Assembly (NCBI GenBank): GCA_009859145.1 | Contig: VRVR01000016.1 | Location: 311,356-375,355 of the forward strand | Direction of reading: 5' to 3' | From: Andalucia godoyi And28 | Taxonomy: Eukaryota > Protista > Jakobida | DNA length: 64,000 nucleotides | Part shown: positions 10,799 through 19,818 of the stretch, one piece after another | Numbering within the stretch: position 1 is the stretch's first letter | Layout of the letters: each line of letters begins with the position of its first letter | Position numbers and translations under genes: made by a program | Notes under the pieces: model-generated | Database searches by the model: none | Told to the model about the DNA's origin: nothing | The model's input: only the letters and a program-made list of their open reading frames with translations

Positions 10799-13431
10799 CT
10801 ACGGAAACTCGTGACAGTCATTCCAAAGACGTTCCGGGGGAAGATCAATTAGTGTACCACTGGATGTTTCCACACCTCGAATGCAGAAATACCGCTGCTT
10901 CTCTCCAGGGCGAGGGCCGACAATGCAATGCGACACATGGGTTTTTGAGATGACCGATTCGAGAGGAACTACATCAAACATGCCTTCGGATTTCGAAGGA
11001 GCAAGTCGGCCCTCGGCAACTTCGTCTTCGGAAAAGCTGCCTTCAAAAGATATTGGATAAAACAGCTCGAATCGATCATTCAGAGAAGATCGCATATGCG
11101 CGTTTGCATCCGCGACGTTTTCCACAGACCAAAACCACCGAACAATCAGAGAAATCTTGTCTGACGACAGCGGCGACAGTTGATCTGTTTTCGGTCGGCG
11201 AATCGATCGGATGATGCCAACATATGGGGCTTCTGATTTCCTATCAGGGTTCAACAGCACACAGTCTCCAATCGCCAAAGGTTGGCCAGCAAACGAAACT
11301 GAAGCCCCCGGTAAACAAAGATACTCAAAGCCAGTTGCGCTGGGCTTTCTCGCCACAGCAGGCTGTGATTCCCTTTGCAATGTTGACGGTTTCGCAGTGA
11401 CATCTTCCGCCAGCGGATTGTCACTTGGAAGCTCAAAAGCCAGCTTACTTTGTAAACGATCTGTGGACGGTTTGCATTTCTCGCCTGACACCTTGGGTTT
11501 CTCCAACGGAGCTGTCGGCGTCCTTTTCCTGGTCGTCGAAACGACAAATTCCGCATCTGCAGTGTGTGCGGACGGGCCAGCCACAGGTGTTTCGTCATCC
11601 GCATCGTCATCCACACCCATATCCACACCCACACCCACATCACCAGAATTGTCTGCATGCGAGGAGCCATGTGGATCCCGGTCGCTCTCGGTTTCTTTTT
11701 CCTTGAACTGCTCATCGCCATCCTCTACCCCGGAAACATCGCCAGCACTGCTTTTGAGCGGCGCAGGCACATTGCACTCCCACAAAGCAAGATCCGGGAG
11801 CGGGATCCTTGCCGAAGGGTATAAATCCAAATTCTCCGTAATCTGCAATTTGAACTCTTCGTCGGAAAGTGCAAGGAGCCGCAAAAGCTCCTTTTCTTCC
11901 CCTTCTTTCTCCGCAATCATTGACAAGAGCGCGGCTCGCGTCTGCAACTTCGTGCGATGCAGGTGCGAAGTCAGAAACGAAATGTACTTTCCTTGGACAT
12001 CAAGCTCTCGAAAGCCAGGCGCTTTCGACGCCGAACCAGCTCTCGCCACGCTCGCAGCATGCGCTTCATACCGCGGATGATTGGGAGGCACGGACGAAGT
12101 CATCAAAACTCGAAACGAAGCAGCAGCTTCTTCACGAACTTTTGCAGAAGTGCCCATGAAACCAGCAAGCAGAGCTGATGGCGGCAGTCCATTTCGACTG
12201 GCAACCACGACAAATGGCATCCGAACCGAGACGACGCCGCAAGTTGGCCCGTCAACGCCGAGAGACTTCGCCGCATCTGCATGCTCAGCACACTTTCCTT
12301 GTTGGTTCACCAGTTCTAACATCCAATCATCTCGCTGTTCGACTCGAAACACGTTCATGTAAGTGGACAATGTTCCAGCATCATTTGATCGGCTTGATGA
12401 CGTGCTTGCAACCGACATCCCTGCTGTCATATATGGCGACATGATGATCCCAATTCCAAACGAAGCCATTGTCTGGATCGAGCTCTGCATATCCATGTCT
12501 TTCTGAGAAGGAAACGGAGCAATCCGCGGATGGGAATGGTACCATCCAACCCATTGAATCTGGAATTCCGCTTCCACCAAACCACACGCATCCACCCCAT
12601 TGTCTTGTCCCAGTGCTTTCTTTTCCACGTCGTTTTCATCGTCGTTTGACGCTGCGTCGACGTTAATCGGAAGATTTGAGGATGCCGCTCGCAAAACAGC
12701 CTCCAGTGTAGCGATTTCCAGTGGAAGATAGTCATACACCTTGACAGGCTTCAGCGATTCTAAACTGGATGCTGAATTTGACATGTCTGCAGGGTCGCAT
12801 TCGACTGCATCCGGAGCGATTCCACACAGCACCCGACTTCCTGGAATTGCGTTCGTAATGACAATAACGAAGGCATCTTCCGGAAACGACGTTGTCGAGA
12901 ACAAGCACGGCTGACGCACTGTTTGCAGCTCGGAGCGCAAACCCTCGTAGATCTTGCAAAGATGCCGAATGGATACTCGAATTCCTCCGAGCTGCCCAAT
13001 GACTTCACACGTGGAGTCCGAGTAGGCATGACATGACATTGTCCATCGAACAAACGTAGGGATGACGACCGCACCTGGATGCTGGAAGAGCCCCAGTCTG
13101 CTTGGAGCATACAGTTTCTGAAGCCCAACATCCGAGTGGAATTCCTGACCGCGGTTCGTTCTTCGTCCAGACAGCACCGAGACAGCAGGCTCCGAAGCCG
13201 AAGGGCCAATCACATCATAATCCGTCTGTGCTTTCTAAAAATCGCCAATCTCACTCACGCAGCCACGCACGAAAACGGAATAAGCAAAAAAGGACATACT
13301 TGAAACGATTGGAAACAGAAATTACGGCGAAGACAACAATAACAACAAACAAACAATAAAACCACTAGATGTACTAAATAAAAAGGAAGATTTCATACGA
13401 CTCGATTTCTCTGCGGATATCGACGATCCAT
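10799..13431 (-). CDS. JAMM/MPN+ metalloprotease (BRCC36-like) with C-terminal BAH domain; join(13399..13431,10799..13234)
   Basis: CEVIGQLGG plus WVGWYHSHPRIAPFPSQKD (intact H-x-H-x7-S-x2-D), then a helical region ending EEKELLRLL. C-terminal LAIGDCVLLNP...PYVGIIRSI...IVRWFW...ELF is BAH-like. An 11-codon first exon (MDRRYPQRNRV) splices in phase 0. Confidence 0.75.
13235..13398 (-). other. Spliceosomal intron (164 nt, phase 0)
   Basis: GTATGA donor at 13398 and TTTTAG acceptor at 13235; supplies an ATG to an ORF that otherwise starts at GTG. Confidence 0.6.
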
Positions 13432-13470
13432 TTCCCTTTCAAACAAGTACGCTGCTATCCATCAAACAAC

Positions 13471-13536
13471 AACAATAATAACAATAATAACAATAATAAC
13501 AATAATAACAATAATAACAATAATAACAATAATAAC
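13471..13536 (+). repeat. Tandem repeat (AACAATAAT)x7
   Basis: Directly visible perfect 9-bp tandem array. Confidence 0.95.
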
Positions 13537-13559
13537 CCTGATTCCAGGGAAGTGAATCG

Positions 13560-14410
13560 ATTTCCCAATTAGAGTGAACCCCTGTCCTTTTTCGACTGAA
13601 ACGTTCAGCTACAGTCGCTTCTCTTGCTCTCAGCATTTCAAAAATTCAGCTGCCTTCTCCAGGCTTCTTGTTCTCCGTGTGCCGTTCTTTTAGATTAGTG
13701 GTTTCGTGAAAATTGGAACCAAAGGAATTTGGTCGCTGTCGTTCTCGGGTCGTGTTGTCTCCTCAATCTGAGTGGTGCCTAGTAGCACATTTGGTTCTCA
13801 AAGGCTTGGAGAAAGATCCATTCCCCATTCTTTGTATTTATCCAGGATGACTCTTGCTTTTTCGTCGCCCTCGTGAACACCGTCGAGGATTTGGCGTGAA
13901 TCCACTGGGATCATTTTCAGACACTGCACAAAAAACGAATGTGCATGTTTGAACGTTGCATTAACGCGTTCTTTCGTAATGCGGTTCGCGGCTTGCGCCA
14001 CGAGTGCAGCCACCCCTTTATGCTTCGATGGACTGTAAGAAAGCAAGCTGATACTGGGTAGCGACAATGGTTCCTGGAACCTGGAACAATGCTGGTTCAT
14101 GTTGTCTGTGATCACTATTACACCGGTCATTGCAGGTGATATGCATATTTTGGATATAACCCTCCAACCCAAATGTCTGATGGACTCCTCTGATACATTC
14201 ATCACCGGATAGTATAGCTGAAGGTGTGTGCAGGGCGAGGCCCAATGAGATACTCTCGAATATTGACAACCGATTCCTTGTAATCGATGATGGCCACTGA
14301 TGCGGATTGTAAAAGTCACTTTACGCCAAATAAATCTGACTGAGGCGCAGCATGCTAGACAATGGGTTGAAGAGGCTTGGGTTTGCAGGGTAATGCTTGT
14401 GTAAACATGA
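13560..14410 (-). pseudogene. Possible decayed coding region of unknown origin
   Basis: ORF 13798..14319 has no convincing ATG. Its frame continues past several stops with protein-like text, and an overlapping frame (14018..14269) suggests a frameshift. The region looks more AT-rich than the flanking genes. Confidence 0.25.
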
Positions 14411-14627
14411 TGGTATTCTTAATTTGATTCTTTCTTTCTTTCATTTCATTTCTTTCGTCTTTTTTTGATGCTAGAAATGAGATAGCGGATCAAAAACCGA
14501 CAGGTCTAGTGGGCGGAGCGATAAAAGTCGAAACGTCTCCAACGCACATTCAACATTGTCTTTTGGTTTTTTGTGGATGAAAGCACTGACACAGTGAAGC
14601 AGCCGAACAGTGGAGCAACAGTACATC

Positions 14628-15374
14628 ATGTGCAACGGCGGCATGCCCACGGGCGTTATTCGCCTAGGCGGTTGCCCGCGAATGCCGTGGAAGAATGGGC
14701 AGGGGGAAACGACCCAGCTGTGTATATGTCCGCGTGGTGCGGAGCTTGCCAGAAATGATTATCTGTTTCGTGTGTCATCGGCTGTGGTTCGTCAGAGTGG
14801 GCCGTTCAGCACGTTCGATGGCTATTCGCGCTGGCTCTGGCTGACGTCCATCGAAAGAAGCAAGACATGCGACAGAGCGACTGCGGATGCAGATGTGGCT
14901 GCGTTAACTGTCGTTGTTGGCGATGGACAAGCTCACGAACTGCGCGACGCCGGCGACGGCTTTTCGTTTGATGGTGGTGTCCCTGCGCAGTGCTTCTTGG
15001 CTCCCGGCTGCGATGCCATCCGGGATTTTGGAATCATTTTTAAAAGGGATAAAGTGGTCGTCGAAAGCGTAGAAGTCGTGAGGCTTCCAGCAGGTCAGAC
15101 AAGGGTCAATCCCCTGGTGTCCGCTGCAGATGCGGTCACGGTTGTCCACGTTGCCTGCGGATCTGTGCGCGTACGCAGCAGCAGCGGCTTCACAGAGATG
15201 TTGGATCGGTTCGACACGTTCTGCGGGGCCGCAGGACTGTTACCAGCTGCCGTCGTGCCAGGCCCACCGGGAACGAGCGAATTGTCAGCTTCCACGCTGC
15301 AGATTACGTCCTCCACCGACACCAATACCGAGGACGCCGTGCTCATTTGCTGTGCTATCCGCCTGCAAAGTTGA
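14628..15374 (+). CDS. hutD: HutD/Ves-family cupin protein (bacterial type)
   Basis: RMPWKNGQGETTQL...YLFRVSSAVV...GPFSTFDGYSRWL matches the recalled HutD signature MPWKNGGGxTxEI...FxWRxSxA...GPFSxFxGxDR. Intronless. Confidence 0.85.
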   Translation: MCNGGMPTGVIRLGGCPRMPWKNGQGETTQLCICPRGAELARNDYLFRVSSAVVRQSGPFSTFDGYSRWLWLTSIERSKTCDRATADADVAALTVVVGDGQAHELRDAGDGFSFDGGVPAQCFLAPGCDAIRDFGIIFKRDKVVVESVEVVRLPAGQTRVNPLVSAADAVTVVHVACGSVRVRSSSGFTEMLDRFDTFCGAAGLLPAAVVPGPPGTSELSASTLQITSSTDTNTEDAVLICCAIRLQS

Positions 15375-15581
15375 CAACACACAGCCTCCAGCGTCTATCA
15401 CATGGTTGAAGGGAACAAACAAACGAACGAGGCAAAACCCCACAACAAAAATACCAACAACCAAAGAGCGAGGGAAAGAGACGTTGTGGGGAAACAGCAA
15501 GTAATAATAATAATAATAAAATAAATAAATACATAAATAAAGAACTTTATTATCAGAACAAGAAAGGTTGGATGGTGACGG

Positions 15582-18500
15582 CTACTGCATTGCGTTGTCC
15601 TTGGCCAGAGCAACGAGCTCGGGATTTGCAAGAGGATCTACTCCTGGAGGAACGATGCGGTACTTTAGTTCGATTGGAACCGCTCCGTCCTTCTTGGTCA
15701 CGACAATCTGGATTTCGTCAAAGACGCTGATCTTTTGCTGCCCCATAGGCCAGTCCACAACCAGGCGCTGATCGGCTTCGTCGCTTCCAAAAAACGTCCA
15801 CTTTGTTGGAATGTCTTCCAGGAACAAGGTTCCTTCAAGGCCATAGTGCGTTTCCATTACCTTGATGAACTTTTCACCAAGACTGTGTACGACAGCAGTC
15901 GACACAATCGGCTTGTTCTGCACAAACAGAATCAGAAACAGCGCCCACGAAAGTTCCTCGCATCGGCGGGCCGCCATCTTCTTTTCATTGCAGTTCGCAC
16001 AGATTTCATCCAGGTCGCCACCTGCGGGCAATGTAGCAGCAGTCAACCCATGTCGAGGACTGTTGATTGCGACGCTCAGCAAACGATGCACCACAATATC
16101 GGCAAATCGGCGAATCGGACTCGTAAAATGCGTGTAGTAGTCAACATTCAGCGCATAATGGTGAGAATCGTTCTGGGCGTCCCCAGTGTTCTTGTGGAGG
16201 CACATGTACTCGGCAACACACATCGTACGACTTGCAAGATATTCAACAACCGTCGCAACTTGTTTCGTTTGCTCTTTGCGGACTCGCTGCAACAACTGAT
16301 GCATCGTACCAGACGGGATTTCCTCTACGCTCTCTCCGACAGTGCCGTCCGCAAACAGATACTGAGACAGATCATGTTCCTTCATGAACTTCACAAAGGA
16401 CTCGAGTTTGTTCTCCGTCGGCGCCGGGTGCTTTCGGAGCAACGCACGCTCCGGATCAAAGGAAGCAAGCTTTCGCGCAACAACTTCGTTGGCGGCCAAC
16501 ATGTACTCTTCCACAAGCCAGTTTGCTTCCTTCGTGACGTAGAGACCAACGTCTGTGGGATGCTTCATCTCAGCGTCCAAGGAGAAGTACATCTTTGGAC
16601 GGTTCAACGCCAAGGAGCCAGAATCGAAACGGCGTTTGCGGCGGATGGAGGCCAAAATGTGCAGCAATAGAGAGTCTCGAACGACCTCTCGTTCAATCTC
16701 CGCAGTTGCCGGACGCCACTTCTGAGCCCACCCTTGAAAAGAATTCGCAACGTGATCGATGTTGGCGATTTGTGCACGGTATCCACCAACAGCCGGATCT
16801 TGCACAACATCGATGAATGCCTCGCGGTTCGGACCAATGGCATCTTGATGTGCCAGTCTTGCTTGCTCGACCATCTTTTGCACAGTTGCGTAGTCGCCTC
16901 TCCAACAAGTGCGAATTACACTTCGAGAGAAACGAATCGAGTCCGGGACTACTTCACATGTGTCGACATCCAATTTCCAGAATGCGCTGAATGCAAGGCG
17001 ATCCACGTCCGGATTCAAGGAGCACAGATTCTCGCTCAGCAGACGCGGTAACATGGGAATGACACGATCAACTAGATACACAGACGTCGCCCGAGCATTT
17101 GCAACGTTGTCGAGCGCAGAGTTTGGAGAAATGAAGAAGGAGACATCGGCAATATGCACTCCAATTTCTACCACTCGATCAGTCACCCACTCGACAGACA
17201 GCGCATCATCCAAGTCTCTCGCGGTTGTCGGATCGATGGAGAAGATGCGCTTGGCTCGCAAATCTTCGCGCTTGGCAAGCTCCTCTGGGGGAATGGTCCA
17301 TGTATGGTCATACTCGGACAGTGTGTCGACGGCTTCCTTTGGAAAATCCCCCGCATCAATGTTGTTGGACTGCAGAATTGCTGCTGTTTCAGCCTCGACG
17401 GTACCCGCCTGCCCAAGACTGGACTGAAATGCCGCCCAGGGATAGGGAACTGTCGCAGGCCATTTGTCAATCTGTACAAGATAAAGTTGCGAAGGAGACC
17501 AATTTTCCACAGGAAGCGGACCGTCGTCCTCACTCCTTTCTCGGGATTTACCCCCGTTCTTGCGATTCACGTCCTTTCCAGTAGCGTTGTTCCCTTCCGC
17601 TGAAGGACCAGCACCAGCACCAGCACCAGCACCAGAGGATGCAGTGGAATCTGCGCTGGAAATCGAGGACGCGGACGGAAACATCGCCTTAACAGCTTGT
17701 TCTAGGATCTGCCGTCCTGCGCCACGATGAGTGTAGACAAACGCTCGAGGGTATCGACTGTCCAATGGTTTGAAAAGCAATGTCGTTGTCCCTTGCAACG
17801 TGATCGTACCGGCAACGGAACGGAAAGGAGACTGCTGAACAATACCCACAACCTTTCCCAGCTTGCGGGCAGCTTTCTCCGTTTTTGCCGCTCCTCGAGC
17901 AGCAGCCTCAACAACATCCTCCTCATCACTGTCGACGACGTCCGCAGTCGAGTACTCGACACTTGCGTCAACATCACCCATGGCTGATTCACTCGCTGCC
18001 TTTTGAGATCTCGAAAGCGCATGGTTCTTGTGGCGAAGTACGGCAGCACCTTCCAGAATGCGAACAGCAACCGTGTCTCCTTCCATTGCTCGATTTCGAG
18101 TTCGCTCGCCATCAATCATGACGTCGCGGTCCATGCCAGGGATCGTGACGTAAGCTTCATGGTAGTTCTTCTTGTTAATGCGAAGCTTTCCAACAAATAG
18201 AGTCTTAGCTGCAATCCCAGCAGCAAGGTCTGCTGGTTCCAAGTACTCTTCATAGCGCGCCTTTCTTTTGGCTCCCGACGCTGTTGAAGCGCCGGAATAC
18301 CGCGATGTCCCAGTGACCGTCGTGGCAGCCTCTGCACCCTCGGTGTTCGACCGCGAAGACTTGTCGCGCCTGTTCTTCTTTTTCCCAGACCGATCACTGT
18401 GCGCAGCACTCGAAATTGATGGTTCTTCCGAGCCACTTGCTTCCGCTCTTCTTAGGTTAGGTTGATCACCCCTTTGCCGTTTTGACACCGAAACCGACGC

Positions 18501-19244
18501 CGACGCTGCCTCTGGACGGTCATGGCTACTGGAGGCCTCGGAGAACCTCGTGTTTCGAACATGGTCTCCGCGAGTCTGCAGTGGAAGCTTCGCAGAAAGA
18601 TGCGATGGATCCGATACCACGGGAACAGGAACAATCGTCGAAACATCGAAAACGGCCCTTCCGCGCACCGGAGCTTCTTGCACCGAACTCGATTCGGAGC
18701 GATTTCCGCCTTCTCGTCGGCCACGCCGGCCGCGGTGACCACTGGCCGTCTGAGAGTCCTGGGCCGCCTCTGAAGCTTGCGACATTCGAGCAGATCGCGA
18801 AACAAGTCCAGTCACAGCATTCACAGGAGCACCAGGAACACCAGGAGCACCAGGAACGCCTGGAACACTTGGAAGCGAGATTGCCGGTGCTGGAACCCAC
18901 TGGCTTGCCCCACCACGGTCTGCATTCCCCCGACCGCCTCTCCCGCCTCGAAAAGAGCGAGCAGCAGATGTAGACGTGGACGCGGAGTTCCTGGCGCTTG
19001 CTCGGGACTCAGAGCCGTCTTCCGTCGATTCCGAGACTCTGGGCCTTGAATGGCTGCCTCGATCTCTACCGCCGCCTCTGCCACGCCGAGGCTGAGCAGA
19101 TGGGAAATTATCAGAGTGTTCAGAAACATGTTCGGTGGTGCTGGTGGCTGTGCTGGAGTCACGTTCGCTTTGGCGGTTTCGACCGCTCCGATGCGCCCCA
19201 CGCCGTCCAGAGGCAATTTCCACCCTCGGATTCTGATCGCTCAT
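15582..19244 (-). CDS. DIS3L2: DIS3-like 3'-5' exoribonuclease 2 (RNase II/RNB family, no PIN domain)
   Basis: GKLRINKKNYHEAYV cold-shock domain, REDLR...FSIDPTTARDLDDALS catalytic motif, HYALNVDYYTHFTSPIRRFADIVVHRLL; long RGG-rich disordered N-terminus. Confidence 0.9.
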   Translation of the reverse strand: MSDQNPRVEIASGRRGAHRSGRNRQSERDSSTATSTTEHVSEHSDNFPSAQPRRGRGGGRDRGSHSRPRVSESTEDGSESRASARNSASTSTSAARSFRGGRGGRGNADRGGASQWVPAPAISLPSVPGVPGAPGVPGAPVNAVTGLVSRSARMSQASEAAQDSQTASGHRGRRGRREGGNRSESSSVQEAPVRGRAVFDVSTIVPVPVVSDPSHLSAKLPLQTRGDHVRNTRFSEASSSHDRPEAASASVSVSKRQRGDQPNLRRAEASGSEEPSISSAAHSDRSGKKKNRRDKSSRSNTEGAEAATTVTGTSRYSGASTASGAKRKARYEEYLEPADLAAGIAAKTLFVGKLRINKKNYHEAYVTIPGMDRDVMIDGERTRNRAMEGDTVAVRILEGAAVLRHKNHALSRSQKAASESAMGDVDASVEYSTADVVDSDEEDVVEAAARGAAKTEKAARKLGKVVGIVQQSPFRSVAGTITLQGTTTLLFKPLDSRYPRAFVYTHRGAGRQILEQAVKAMFPSASSISSADSTASSGAGAGAGAGPSAEGNNATGKDVNRKNGGKSRERSEDDGPLPVENWSPSQLYLVQIDKWPATVPYPWAAFQSSLGQAGTVEAETAAILQSNNIDAGDFPKEAVDTLSEYDHTWTIPPEELAKREDLRAKRIFSIDPTTARDLDDALSVEWVTDRVVEIGVHIADVSFFISPNSALDNVANARATSVYLVDRVIPMLPRLLSENLCSLNPDVDRLAFSAFWKLDVDTCEVVPDSIRFSRSVIRTCWRGDYATVQKMVEQARLAHQDAIGPNREAFIDVVQDPAVGGYRAQIANIDHVANSFQGWAQKWRPATAEIEREVVRDSLLLHILASIRRKRRFDSGSLALNRPKMYFSLDAEMKHPTDVGLYVTKEANWLVEEYMLAANEVVARKLASFDPERALLRKHPAPTENKLESFVKFMKEHDLSQYLFADGTVGESVEEIPSGTMHQLLQRVRKEQTKQVATVVEYLASRTMCVAEYMCLHKNTGDAQNDSHHYALNVDYYTHFTSPIRRFADIVVHRLLSVAINSPRHGLTAATLPAGGDLDEICANCNEKKMAARRCEELSWALFLILFVQNKPIVSTAVVHSLGEKFIKVMETHYGLEGTLFLEDIPTKWTFFGSDEADQRLVVDWPMGQQKISVFDEIQIVVTKKDGAVPIELKYRIVPPGVDPLANPELVALAKDNAMQ

Positions 19245-19313
19245 ACCACAAAAAAAAACCTCTCTGGTTATTTATGTTAAAAACAATAATTAAGAAGCTT
19301 TAAAAATAACACG

Positions 19314-19360
19314 AAATCAAAACAAAACAAAACAAAACAAAACAAAACAAAACAAAACAA
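19314..19360 (+). repeat. (AAAAC)n microsatellite
   Basis: Visible tandem pentamer; a similar array lies at 52816-52863. Confidence 0.9.
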
Positions 19361-19778
19361 AAAAGATTATATGTATTAATAAAAAACCCCAAAAAAGATC
19401 CAAAAGGAACACGTTTCGAGTATTTTTGCCTCTTCTCAATTTTGGATTTATTTGTGCGCCAGAAGTACTCAAGTGAGGCATGGAAGTGATGCTTGATGCT
19501 AGGGTTTTTTTTCCTGCACTTGATGATGATTCGGATTGCCGTCCAATGTACAAAGGGAAAAGAGGACGCTATTTGCCGCCTCGAGTATTTTCAAAAGCTG
19601 TTTTCATTTTTTAATTAATTATTTCACTAAAGTATTGTTTTTACATTTTTTAACTTTATTTTTAATATTTAAATCTTCCTCCCTCCTCCTTTTTTCTTTT
19701 CTTTTCCTATTGTACCCGTATCATCGTGGACTTTCAGACTCACGCACGAACGCAAAAAACCGGGAAAAAAAGCAGAAA

Positions 19779-19809
<31 letters not shown>

Positions 19810-19818
19810 AAAGAGGGA

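Noticed and set aside
13471-13536. Regular repeat considered as a CRISPR or telomeric array
   Set aside because: Simple 9-bp tandem microsatellite with no spacers; eukaryotic context.
15735-16670. 311-aa ORF antisense to DIS3L2 (similarly 33185..34141, 50551..51387, 21128..22144, 61358..62215)
   Set aside because: Each lies fully opposite a well-supported conserved gene and is explained by codon bias.
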